Positions 46,204-59,007 of a stretch of 64,000 nt of DNA are shown here, piece by piece. The first letter of the stretch is position 1, and the number at the start of each line of letters is the position of its first letter. This stretch comes from Macrostomum lignano (taxonomy: Eukaryota). The stretch lies in NCBI GenBank assembly GCA_002269645.1, contig NIVC01001332.1, forward strand, positions 124,001 through 188,000, in the 5' to 3' direction. Position numbers and translations under genes: made by a program. The notes beneath the pieces were generated by a model. It was given only the letters and a program-made list of their open reading frames with translations, ran no database searches and had not been told where the DNA came from.

Positions 46204-46389
46204 AGTTCGAAACCAAAACCGGCTCACTGACTGACACATCGGTTTGATTGTACGGAATTGCTGAATGATTGAAACAATTCAAATACACTAATTGAAGCGA
46301 TGCGATAGGTTGGATTTTAAACTAAGTCCGCAATTTGCGTTTGGATTGAAAAAAAAATTGATATAAACAAAGGTTGTTGGCTTTTATTG

Positions 46390-47480
46390 CGTTTTTTTAT
46401 GGCGCCTCTCTTTAATTAAATGGCGCCTCTCCACAAATGGAATGGCGCCTCTCTCAAATTAAATGGCGTCTCAAATAAAATGGCGTCTCTCTCAAATTGA
46501 ATGGCGCCTCTCTCAAGTTAAATGGCGTCTCTCTCAAATTAAATAGCGCCTCCACAAATGGAATGGCGCCTCTCTCAAATTAAATGGCGCCTCTCTCAAA
46601 TTAAATGGCGCCTCTTAAATTAAATTGCGTCTCTCTCAAATCGAATGGCGCCTCTCCTAAATGAAATGGCGCCTCTCTCAAATGGAATGGAGTGATTGGA
46701 GTCTCTCTCAAATGGAATGGAGTGATTGGAGTCTCTCTCAAATGGAATGGAGTGATTGGAGTCTCTCTCAAATGGAATGGAGTGATTGGAGTCTCTCTCA
46801 AATGGAATGGAGTGATTAGAGTCTCTCTCAAATGGAATGGAGTGATTGGAGTCTCTCTCGAATGGAATGGAGTGATTAGAGTCTCTCTCAAATGGAATGG
46901 AGTCTCTCTCAAATGGAATGGCGCCTCTCTCAAATGGAATGGCGCCTCTCTCAAATGGAATGGTGCCTCTCTCAAATGGAATGGCGCCTCTCTCAAATGG
47001 AATGGCGTCTGTCTCAAATGGAATGGCGCCTCTCTCAAATGGAATGGCGTCTGTCTCAAATGGAATGGCGCTTCTCTTAAATAAAATGGCGCCTCTCTCA
47101 AATGGAATGGCGCTTCTCTTAAATAAAATGGCGCCTCTCTCAAATGGAATGGCGCCTCTCCTAAAAAAGTTGCTGCCTCTCTTAAACAAAATGACACCTC
47201 TCCTCGAATGAAATGACGCTTCTTAAAAAATGACATTTTCTTTAACAAAATGACGCCTCTCTTAAGTGAAATGGCGTGTCTCCCAAATGCAATGGCGCCT
47301 CTCTCAAATGGAATGGCGCCTCTCGAATGAAATGGCGCCTCTATTGATTGAAATAGCGCCTCTCAAATGAAGTGCCGCCTCTCGTGAATAAAATGGCGCC
47401 TCGAATAAAATAGCGCCCGCTCAAATGAAATTGTACTTTCTGAATTGAAAGAGTGCTTCCTCAAATGAAATGGTGCACCT
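46390..47480. repeat. 21-bp/30-bp AAATGGAATGGCGCCTCTCTC minisatellite downstream of RPL13
   Basis: A central 30-bp variant (with AGTGATTGG) is nested within 21-bp units that decay outward. Confidence 0.95.
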
Positions 47481-48349
47481 TTAAATGAAATTAGAAACTA
47501 CTAAAATAAATTAGCGCCTGCTCAGATGAATTAGCAATTAAAGAATGAGTTTCTCAAAATCAGAAATTTATCAACTCAGAATTCTTGTCAATTTATTTGA
47601 AAGCAAAACTGAGCCCCGCCCCTCTCATTACCCTGAATCAAACGATTAATTATTAGAAAAACAAAATAAGATTGGTACTTGGTAGGTAGAGTAACATTAA
47701 CGAAACTTAACAGCCCTAAAGAACACACAATAAGAATTTTTGCGGTATAAAAGTATTATAAGTTGTCATCAATAACCTGATGGGCTAAATCGAGACCTTT
47801 AATTCATGTATGTATGTTGTAAAGACTTCAATTTAGATTGGTAGAACGATATACGCTTGATACGAGGAAAGCGATTGCGATTTATATTTTAAATATTGAG
47901 CACGATTCATTGGGTGTATAATGAGGCTTAATAGTGGAGAGCAAGAGCGGCCAGAATGCAGAGCGTACCTGAGTAAGAATGTACAGCGAAGTATTGCAGA
48001 AAGGCGCACGCAGCGAGAGGGGTAAAACACCACCCCAAAAAAAACAAGCTAACAAAACTAACAAAAATCCCGCAGCAGTTGGTCACAACAGCAGGCTTCC
48101 AGCTGCCGTCAGCAGCAAAGTCCCTCTTTTAATTATCAGTATTTGCTTCTGACAAGGAGCATTAAAGTACAGGGGTGTTGCAGAATGCAGATCAATTAAA
48201 CAGATAAGTGCAATACCTATTATAATGACATCTGTCGAAGTATTTGTAGCTAGATACAATAGGAATATGCAAGTATTTAGATTGATTTATGTGTAACTGT
48301 ATAAAATACCATATCTTAGTTTAACTAATGTGGTAGTTGGATAAGTCAA

Positions 48350-51300
48350 TCACGGCACGCAGACGATGATAGTCAGAGGAAACAGCAGCGTCAGAGAGGG
48401 CTCTGGTTTGGTGCTGCTTGCATGTTCCGAGGTTTCCGGGCTGTTCGTCATTGAGGATTGCAGCAGCGGTGTTAGTCTGAAATCAGTTAGCGGGTAATGC
48501 AACTCTGATGTGCATGTAAGTAACCTGTTCGATATACTTAATCAGCCTCCATGATCCTCAGTTGCTGGGCCAGCCTCCCAGATCCTCAGTTGCTGGGCCA
48601 GCCTCCCAGATCCTCAGTTGCTGGGCCAGCCTCCCAGATCCTCAGTTGCTGGGCCAGCCTCCCAGATCCTCAGTTGCTCGTTGCTGGGCCAGCTTCCCAG
48701 ATACTTAGTTGCTGAACCAGCCTCCCAGATCCTAAGTTGCTGAGCCAGCCTCCCAGATCCTCAGTTGCTCGTTGCTGGGCCAGCTTCCCAGATACTTAGT
48801 TGCTGAACCAGCCTCCCAGATCCTAAGTTGCTGAGCCAGCCTCCCAGATCCTCAGTTGCTGGGCCAGCCTCCCAGATCCTCAGTTGCTGGGCCACCAGCC
48901 TCCCAGATCCTCAGTTGCTGGGCCACCAGCCTCCCAGATCCTCAGTTGCTGGGCCACCAGCCTCCCAGATCCTCAGTTGCTGGGCCAGCCTCCCAGATCC
49001 TCAGTTGCTGGGCCAGCCTCCCAGATTCTCAGTTGTTGGACCGATCCCCCAGATCCCTAAAGCTGCTGATCCCCCATCAATCCCAGATCCCCAGTTGCTG
49101 GGCCAGCGCTACCCTGCTAGGTCTAGAAGCCACAATTGACAAGAATTTAGTACAGTATATATCATTACTTATTAACAAAAACGTTAAGAACATCGACATC
49201 GGGACTGGCAGGCTGCACCCTCTCCAGGTAAGTTTGATATGCCGAGTGGCTTTTCAGATAGGACACAAACTGTGACAGGGTCGTCTCTAGTGGCATTTCT
49301 TCTGTTAGTCTGCGGATTAAATATGTAGCGATTATGTTTTTAAACAGTTGTCCATTACTTTGTCTGCCTCTTATTTCTTTTATGCATAAAATACAAAGAA
49401 GAACCAAAGTACCTGATGCACTTGTTCTCGTTAAACATGGGCAGAGTTTTATAAGCTGTGTCAACCAGTTCGCGTCTGGCGTCCCAGTACGGTCCAATGT
49501 AGTTTTCACCTTGAAAGTACTGAAAATACAGGTAATGAAAAGTTAATAGCAATATTAATCTGCTTTAAGTTAATTTTATTATTTTAGCCCATCTTAATAA
49601 TTCCAAAATCCGTACGAAATCTCCTTACAAAAAACAACACATTGATTGATGTTCAATCAGAAATCAAGGAGTCATCGAGATTTTGAACAAGAGCGTCACC
49701 AGTTAGACAAGAGAGTCACCAGTTAGACAAGAGAGTCACCAGTTAGACAAGTGGATCACCGGTTAGACAGGAGGATCACCGGTTAGACAAGAGGATCACC
49801 GGTTAGACAAGAGGATCACCGGTTAGACAAGAGAGTCACCAGTTAGACAAGAGAGTCACCAGTTAGACAAGAGAGTCACCAGTTAGACAAGAGAGTCACC
49901 AGTTAGACAAGAGAGTCACCAGTTAGACAAGAGAGTCACCAGTTAGACAAGAGAGTCACCAGTTAGACAAGAGAGTCACTAGTTAGACAAGAGAGTCACC
50001 AGTTAGACAAGAGAGTCACCAGTTAGACAAGAGAGTCACCAGTTAGACAAGAGAGTCACCAGTTAGACAAGAGAGTCACCAGTTAGACAAGAGAGTCACC
50101 AGTTAGACAAGAGAGTCACCAGTTAGACAAGAGAGTCACCAGTTAGACAAGAGAGTCACCAGTTAGACAAGAGAGTCACCAGTTAGACAAGAGAGTCACC
50201 GGTTAGACAAGAGAGTCACCAATTAGACAAGAGAGTCACCAGTTAGACAAGAGAGTCACCAGTTAGACAAGAGCGTCACCAGTTAGACAAGAGAGTCACC
50301 AGTTAGACAAGAGAGTCACCAGTTAGACAAGAGAGTCACCAGTTAGACAATAGAGTCACCAGTTAGACAGAGAGTTTAGTGTTGCAAGTGAATTGGAAGA
50401 TGAGATAATAATTGCATATAACTTCATTTTTTTCACCTCCTGTATGAGTTGATTAGCTCGAATCTCATTTGAACTGTCAACTCCATGCAAGCGAAGTGAG
50501 CAGAAGCCATAGCAGAGCAAAGCCAGTGCACCTGTGGGCTTCAGGCAGCGGCCCACTTCATTATAGAATTTTGGCACATCAAACCAGTGTAGCGCCTGAG
50601 CCACTGTGATCAGATCGGCACTTTTGTCTGGGCATCGAAGACTGTAACAATCGCCTACACTGTGAATAATAATAGATTAAGTAATAAATGATCAATTTAG
50701 TAGAAATATTTAATTAAGTTTAATACTAATTAGCTGTAACTGTAATCACTATATACACTATTTAATTATTATAATTTCCTAATATTGGCAATGCAATTTT
50801 AACCTTGTAAATCAAAATTACAAGCAATTGCAATTACAAAAAATTATACTATTGCCCCAAATTTAGCATAGTAAGACATTTGGAAATATATAGTTTGTTA
50901 CACAATAAATAACTTGTAAATGGAATGAAAAATTTTATAGAATATTAGTTAAAAATGGGGATCTTATGCCAACTTAAGCTGACATAGGATAGATAATGAG
51001 ATTTAACATCATGCTTTATCCATTTGTTAAATCAAAGTTTTAGTTGGACAACAATCTTCAACCAAGATCAACCAAAACTTTGATTTATTGCTATGTCTTT
51101 ATGCTCCAATCATTTTCACTGAAACTTTTTCACTCATTTCTTGATGCATTTCTCAGCTTTGCAATGACATCTTCAAGACATATGATTGTATTTTGTATTT
51201 TCTAAGATATTTGCTACTAAAATGTGTTTGTAATTAGGGGTGCCATTGAATTTGTCTTTTGACACACTTTGAATTCATACCAATATTTTTTTCTTTAGGG

Positions 51301-54093
51301 CAGAAAATTTCTGCTTATAAAATTTAAAGCTGAATATGGCTTCAGAGTAAGGAATGTATCCCAAAACATGAATTCATTTTTGTTTGAATTATCTGTTCGA
51401 ATGATAAAATATCTGCCAGGAAAATATCTGTCAGGAAACCTATATACATTTTCTACCTACATATATGATAAATTTTATCATCATTTACCAACAAGTCTAA
51501 TAGACAATCAATGAAAGAAGGTGGATACGGGGTTATCAAGCTGGTCTGAAATGTAATGTGCCTTTTTACCAATCCCCTAAACTGCTCTGATTTTGTTTAT
51601 ATTATTTTGAAATGCAGGATGGCACAATCACAATTCATAATTCATTCATTAATTTATTTGCAAATTGGTATATTAAGTTAGGCCCTATACTAATTAGGAA
51701 TAGCCAAATAGGTCAACTATTTGAAAAAAATAATCTTTTTAATTAAAGATTAAAAAGGATAATATTTCAAATATAAACAATTTGAAAAACAATCTGTTTT
51801 AATGCTTTCAATGTTTGAATTTTTAATTCAAATGGCCCCCATGGGGGGCTTAATATGCTAGTTGTATACTATTTTGTTAGGCCTACTTTACTGAGAATAA
51901 GAATGATTTATTTAAAACAATATTAACCATTACATGGGCAAAAATTTAATTGCAACAAGCAATGAAATGTTTTATTATTTAGCTATAATAACTTACTGAA
52001 ACTTGGTGTTATTTGATGCTGAAGATGCACTCTGTGCAGCAGATATCTGTGTGGTACTTAGATCACTTGCAATGACTTTTGCAAAATAAATGCCCAATAA
52101 TTCTGTTAGCTGACCAGATCCACAACCAACATCAAGCGCTAAACCAGATTTCTAAAATTGGAAAAGTTGCATTTTGACTTAATTATCCTTTAAAACGTGT
52201 AGCTGAAGAACTAAATATATGATGTACAGTATTAGTCCACTTTGGCAACAAACTATTTCAACAACAACCATTTTGGCAACAAGTTAAATTGGCAATAGCC
52301 ATTTCGGCAACAGCGTTAATAATGTGTTTATTTTAATTTTAAAAGTGAAATAAAAGTCCAAGTCATCACAAAGCTAAAACAAAGCAGTTTGTTTTATGTT
52401 ACGTTGTTTTACATTGTTTTACATTAAGAAATAAAAAACAAATCCAGTCCTTCTTTTGCTTGTTGCCCTGGCCATCTTTCCCATCTATTTCCATCTACAG
52501 CCTCCTGCAATTAGTGCATAGAATGCATTGGCTGCATGTACCTGCCAAACTGTACTTATAACCATCTTAACTTACCATCACTCTGATGCAGGTCAATTGA
52601 GGGCAGCACATGCAGCCAGCAGGCTCTTATCATGATGATGATGTTGCATAACCAGTAGTAGAAGATACTGGCAAATGTCCATTGCTAATACCATTGCCAT
52701 TGCCAATGGGTGACAGAGCTTTGTAAGTGGGTTTTCACAATCTCAAGCGGTGAAGTGAGCACAGCTTCAGTGCTGCCAGGACAATCTTGGCACCAGTGTT
52801 GGGCAAGTTACTCAAAAAAATTAACTTGCATTACTATAACTTAAGTTAGGCCTACCAATTTTTAAAAAGTAACTTAAATTAGCCTAGTAACTTTAGACAA
52901 AAACCCAGTAACTTTTAAGTTACTGTCTGTTACTCACTTCTGTTACCCATGTTATTAACAAAATTTTCTGCTTTTTTCACATTGCACATTTTTTACATTG
53001 AATTGTTGTTACTGAAATTTGCCATTGGGCATTAGGATTAACCAATTAACAGACAGAGACAGATTGGCAACACAATGTAAGGCAAGTAGAAGGACCAATG
53101 GCCATGGGCAATGGCAATCAAGAATTAAAATTATAAATGATAAAATCAATGAATACCAATAATTCAATAGAGTAGGGGCCTAAAATAAATAGAACTGTAT
53201 AAAATGGTATAGTACTGCAGTGGCCAGTGGAGGGACTTGTGGAAGCTACAGATGAATTTCTTTCTTTGGTTGTTTGTTTGAATCAAACTTGAAAATTTTT
53301 AGTAACTTGAAAATGAAAAAGGCAAAAATATTTTACCGAAATTAACAAAGTAAAACATGTTTCAAGTATTTCTTCATTAATTAAGCGGAATACCATATGA
53401 TACTATTCACTTAATTTTGAATTTAGGAATGAAAAATGCAAAAACATGTGACAACCGGCGTAATAGCTAAGCATTTCAGTTTTAAATTTAAATATTGAGA
53501 TTGTTGCAAAGTAACTGTAACAGACTTCCGAAATTTGAGTAACTTACTGTTACTCTGTTACTAAAATAAAAAAGTAACTTGCATAAGGAACACTTTACGA
53601 AAAAGTAACTTGCATTACCATTTGCAAGTTACTCGGTAATGGTAGTGCCCAACACTGCTTGGCACCACTGGAGTCCAGAGTCCCCAAGAGTCCTTCCCCG
53701 CCCTCCCCTGCAGTTGTACATGCCGAGAATAACCACCAGCCCCGCTCCCGCATTTGCTTTCATTTCTTGCTTACGCTATCGCCGAAATGGCTGTCGCCGA
53801 TTTAACTTGTCGCCGAAATGGACTGTTTTCTGATGTACACAGGAAACTACTAAAAAATTATGAGTACAGTTACAGAGCTTCGTATGCCAACATTTTAGAA
53901 ATCATATATTATTTTCAAAAGAAAAAATACGCACTTTTAACTCTTCCACATCAAGATTGTCCTGAATCCTTGTATTCGGAGAAATTAGTTGTTTCCATGC
54001 CGTGAAAATTGAGTTCATCACTGTTTTAGGATATCTTGGCCTTGCTGCTCTATAAAAGTTGGAGAGGCTTGAACCAACAAATAAACTACTCAT
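48350..54093 (-). CDS. Class I SAM-dependent methyltransferase (Methyltransf_11, TMT1/CRG1-like small-molecule type), 6 exons, ~303 aa
   Basis: Exons 54093-53935, 52151-51997, 50659-50437, 49519-49413, 49309-49169, 48476-48350; phase-consistent (912 nt). Motif [12 protein letters not shown], acidic ASD, then [13 protein letters not shown] and LKP.G.LA, plus YW..R and the N-terminal Y..ARP.YP. Confidence 0.88.
48555..49100. repeat. 28-bp minisatellite (CTCAGTTGCTGGGCCAGCCTCCCAGATC), methyltransferase intron 5
   Basis: Reverse complement of the array at 24270-24985. Confidence 0.95.
49697..50370. repeat. 20-bp minisatellite (ACCAGTTAGACAAGAGAGTC), methyltransferase intron 3
   Basis: About 33 highly homogeneous units. 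Confidence 0.97.
52794..53657. mobile_element. hAT-type non-autonomous element (864 bp) in methyltransferase intron 1
   Basis: TIR CAGTGTTGGGCA...TGCCCAACACTG; subterminal GTAAC/GTTAC arrays; 8-bp TSD CTTGGCAC at 52786-52793 and 53658-53665. Confidence 0.9.
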
Positions 54094-54636
54094 TATTGGA
54101 CAATTTCTGAATTTAAAGTAACTTTATAAGGATTAAGGAATCGGAAGTGGGAAAAATATAGGAAAGTAACGTTATTAAGATAATATACAGTAGCAACTTG
54201 AGCTACTTCTTACGTCTTTCTAGTAAAGCTTACATCTTGAAATACAACACAATTCAACATGGGTTATAACAAACATTTCTCTGTTTGTAGTAAATTTTAG
54301 GACTCAAACTTGTTAAAAATAAATTCCTAATCACAATTTAATTTTTACTAGTATGATAAAAATGTTTAATGATTGAATTAAATTATTTTCTATGGGGATT
54401 CCCCAAGATCATCACGTGTCGCCTGATAGGATTCCCTCCATGCAGCTGGCGCATGCTTGGTTAGCTATAATTACTCTTGTTCAAACCTAGTGTGCTAAGT
54501 TAGAAGGCACCAAGATCAAGAAGACAGCGTGAAATAAAAAATTCAATAATTTGTGGACATTTTATAACTTTTAAGTTACATATCTTTTTAAACTAGCAAA
54601 TTTGTAAAGCTTAGAAGAGTTCGATAGCTATGAAAA

Positions 54637-57504
54637 ATGGTTCTGGATGGCAGCTTCGCTCATGTTGTCGCTGGAGGGTAAGCAGTGTTGTGTTTGTATT
54701 TTGTATTGTAGTACAGTCAGTAGGCCTAGTATTTGGTCAAACCGGTTTCATTTTTAAATCTGTCAGTGACATGCTTATAAATGTTTCTCCCCGTTTTTTC
54801 ACTTTTCAGCTTAGCTGGCACCACTGGAGCTGTGCTCACCTCACCACTTGAGATTGTGAAAACCCGCTTACAAAGCTCTGTCACCCATTGGCAATGGCAC
54901 AATGGTATTAGCAATGGACATTCGCCAGTATCTTCTACTACTGGTTATGCAACATCATCATCAGCTGCTAGGACGATGCTTAAGATACCACCTAATTGGA
55001 TTGGACTACAACCGGCTATGGCTGCTACATGCTATTCACAGGTTGGTTTTTATTTTAAAACCTTAATATAGGCCTACTTTACTTTATATTGTTTATATTA
55101 ATTAAGTGTGAATGCATGTCATGAATCAAAAATTTATTAGTATACTAGTATACAAGTATACTATAAAATTTTGCATAACCCAAAGTCCCATCTCCTATCA
55201 AAGCAAAAATACAAAAAAACGTTAAGTTTATAACATAACCAATGCATTTATTTATGTCCATTGCATGCATAATAGATTTTTGACTTGTCAGATGAATACT
55301 AGGAATCAAGTGCCTCCCTTTGGCCTATGGGATGTGGTATGGCCTATAGTTCTATTTTTCGCCAGATACAATGTGCAAAAGTGCAACCTATGCTCAATTT
55401 CAAGGTGCAATTTTAAGACTAAGAGTGCAATTTCTCTTTTTTCTTATTTAAAGGCAGTGCAACTGAGGCTTCAACAAAAATAGGTTATGAGACTGCACCT
55501 AAACTGCACCCACTTTTTAAAATTTAGGGTGCATATGCACATTGCACAAAAAATAAACCCAGGGGTGCCCAGTAAACAAGGAGCAAAAAAAACTCATGCA
55601 AATCCATTAAAAAGTACAAGTATTTTCTTAATAACCAATTCCTTCTACAGTTTTATAAATCACCTTATTCAAGTAAAATTGTCATAGATATTAGATATTG
55701 ACTTTTTTCAATTCCCTTGCCAAATTGTATTTAGGCAACCTGCTCCGAGGTCAACAAGATGGCTGCAGTCAGTCGAATGTCTGTACTGCAGTGCATTCGC
55801 TACATTCGACACACTGAAGGCATCCGAGGCCTGTTCAAAGGCCTCAGCATGACCATACTGGGCGTGCTACCCTCGAGAGCTTTCTACTTTGGCGCCTACG
55901 TCAATGGACAAGAGATGCTATCGGAGCTGCTTCCCCGCGGTTCCCATGGCAACAACTGTCTGGCAGCTGCATTCGCCGGTTTTGTTTCTCTGACTTGCAC
56001 AAATCCGATTTGGCTAGTCAAGACGCGAATGCAATTGGATCAGAGGTGCTTATTAAATTTAATTGTTTATTAGTCAGCTTACGCTTAGTTTTTCCTATTC
56101 TATATTAAATTAGAGAGGAATTTTCCATTGCTAATTTAATATAATATAGTCATGCTGTATGCGCATGCAAATTGGTGTAGATCTAGTAGAGCTGTACGAG
56201 TGTCTATGCCGTGTGTACTATTTATAATTCTAGACTGTACAGTGTTTGAGATATGTTAGAGCGTTCTTTACACCCTAGCTAGCTAGTTTAAACTGGTTTT
56301 ATACTCTTAACTATTCTACTTGCACTTGATCAATGTGGTATCTTTTTCAGTTAAACTCCGCACTATCCTATTCACATTGACAGTATCTAACATAATATTT
56401 GCAGCCCGAAGTCCCAGTCTCTAAGCGCTATCCGTTGCATTCGAACCGTGTGGCGTCAGAACGGCTTTCTAGGCTTCTATCGCGGCATTCAAGCCTCCTA
56501 TTTGGGCATAGCCGAAACTTCTCTACATTTCGTTGTGTACGAAGACTTGAAAAGGCGATTATTGAGATGGTCGCGCGGTGTTGACAGCGTCGTTGTTGGT
56601 GTTAGTCGAGCCGACGAAGTGTTGTATTGTTCGATTGCTAGCACCTGTTCTAAGTCGTTCGCCACTTGCGTCTGCTATCCGCATGGTAAAGTTTTACTAC
56701 TTTGGGGACAAGGGTTGCGAAATTCTACCTGAACATTCTCAATCCCAATCCAGGGCACAGGATGCAGGCTTTCTCACATTCCTCATTTCTCTTTTCTCTC
56801 GTTTCCCCAAGGCCACAAAAGGCCCAGGCCCCGTACGCTCGAACTTTAGATCTCTCTCCCTCACCCGTTCCCTGCCAAGTATTTAGCTTTATTGCAATTT
56901 AGGTTAAAACACAGCCTGTCCTTGGCCTCAGTTATAAAACCAAGCCCGCCAAGGCCTTTGAACGACCTTGGGACGCCCCCCCCATGCACGCCCCCGCCCC
57001 TCCCCCTATATGCTAGTTCTAATCGGGCTGTAGGAAACCCTCTCCGTTCTAAAAATAGCTCCTGTTTACCAGCCCTCCGTACCAAAGTACACACGGGTTT
57101 GGACCACGCGGCCGCCGCGTGAAAAAGCACGAGACTTTAAGCTTGGCGGGGGTGTTGGGCTTGGGGGCTTGTTCTGCTTGGGTGTGGCGGACTGACGGGT
57201 CCGCCACATTTTTTTCCTCTTGAAGTAGCTGTAGCTTCTCTTTTTTATACGCTGTATATAAGACGCTAATATGTATTCTGTTACCTAATTTTCAGAGGTA
57301 CTGCGCACTCGACTCAGACAGGAGGGCAACAAATACCGTGGCTTATTTCAAACCTTCCGGCTCATCATAACCGAAGAGGGCCCGCGCGCCCTCTACCGCG
57401 GCATGCTGACCCATTTTATGCGTCAGATTCCCAACACTTGCATTGTGCTGACCACCTACGAGGGCGTACTTTATTTCTTTCGCGAGCACAAGCTGCTGCT
57501 GTGA
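54637..57504 (+). CDS. SLC25A36: Mitochondrial pyrimidine nucleotide carrier, SLC25A33/SLC25A36 (Rim2)-like, 5 exons, ~357 aa
   Basis: Exons 54637-54677, 54810-55041, 55735-56045, 56405-56685, 57296-57504; phase-consistent (1074 nt). Three carrier signatures [20 protein letters not shown] and [10 protein letters not shown]; also [10 protein letters not shown] and RQIPNT. The vertebrate paralogues 33 and 36 cannot be distinguished. Confidence 0.93.
56700..57208 (-). mobile_element. Possible solo LTR in SLC25A36-like intron 4
   Basis: On the minus strand it begins TGTGGCGGAC (57208), with a TATA-like site at ~57006 and AATAAA at ~56891; GC-rich island in an intron. The left boundary and TSD were not resolved. 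Confidence 0.4.
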
Positions 57505-59007
57505 AACCGCAAACTGTTTGAAAAGGACCACGTTTTGTGACCACCGTGACCCCCCCGTCCTCCCTTGTCGCTGTCTTATCTACTCTACCTCTTTCTTGTC
57601 ACACCGCATATCTCTGCATAAATTCGAAACCATTGCATTCTCAAAATGCTTGATTGCATGAATTTGTTCCTGACATTATCGATTTGATTGAGGAGAAGAT
57701 TTTCCTCAAAAGGCAGGCATTTTTTAATTTAAAAAAACAACAAAAAAAAATCAGTGTTGTTAAACGGGCTTGTGCACAGTTACGAATTTAATTATTTATG
57801 CTTCCTTGTCTTCATTCATAACTGCATAGTTGCTTTCATATTTCTGTATTAATAAATGCTGTACAGTAATCTTATATTACCCATCCAAGTTCGTTTGCTC
57901 TGTTTGCTTGTTATAAATATTGTCTGTACATACTTGTATTTTTCATATTTTTGAAAGAAATCTTTTTGCTCAGCCAGTCAGTCGCCTGCTGATTAATTAA
58001 TATTATGGATTTTTATATGATGTGCTTGTGAGCTTTGTGATGGATGCCCATTGGTTTTGAGTTAAATATGTGAATTGGAATATATTTGCACCGGATTCTG
58101 ATGTTGAACCTTCTTATTTTGTCCACTCGTACATGACCCAAGCCCAGTGCTTTAATTATTTTTTAATTCTTATTAATTAAAGTATAATATTGTCATCATC
58201 TTCTGACACCCTGTGTGCTTTTTTTGTTTGTCAAAAAACAACTGCTTGAGCTTGTTTGCTTCACCCTAAACCCTAAGAAGTTGTTTAAATTGGTTTTTTA
58301 GTAATCATATTGTAGTAAGTTTAAAATCTGTTTTTTTATAAATACCAATCATTTGTCTGCCTGTCTGCCTGCCCTGTCTTATTTTTATTTATAATTTATT
58401 CTATTAATTACTTATTGTACTTCCAAATCGCATGCCATATTTATTTTTATTAATTAACAGCCGTGATGCCAATTGTTAATGAAATAAAATAATGTTTACA
58501 TATATAACAAAATGCATACAGTACGTTGTTTATCAATTTTCTGGTCGTCGTGTCGCGGTCTCAGAAGACAAATGCAAAAAGTTGAAGTCTTCATCTGAAC
58601 GTCAGTCTTCTCTAAGTTCGCCCAATTTCTCCAATTATATTAATGGCACAATTTGTTTTAAACTTTAGCGTCGTTAATTTGATGCACAGTTATGTCAATT
58701 TTTTGTTACAATTGTGAACATCAGTCTGCAAAACTGGTCCTGTGAAATAAATCAATTATTTTTTCAGTTCTCATTTTTCTTGTTAGCTTTGAAAGTAACT
58801 GTTGGCTGCAATGCAATGTTTTTTTCGTTTCTTTCTTCAGCAGATAGCGATTATCTAATTTCTATTTTTAGACCCATAAGTCTGATAGCAGCTTAAGCAA
58901 TATTTTGGCTATAGTTAAATTATATCTTCAAGATTACAGGCGACAGACATTTATTGCTGTTTGAAATGCATCGAAAGATAAAAAGTATTGAAGCACAGAA
59001 CTTTTAC

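Noticed and set aside
45529-46239. Minus-strand ORFs overlapping RPL13
   Set aside because: Antisense shadows of the conserved RPL13 frame.
46601-47248. REAPFHL and related repeat ORFs
   Set aside because: 21/30-bp minisatellite open in several frames on both strands.
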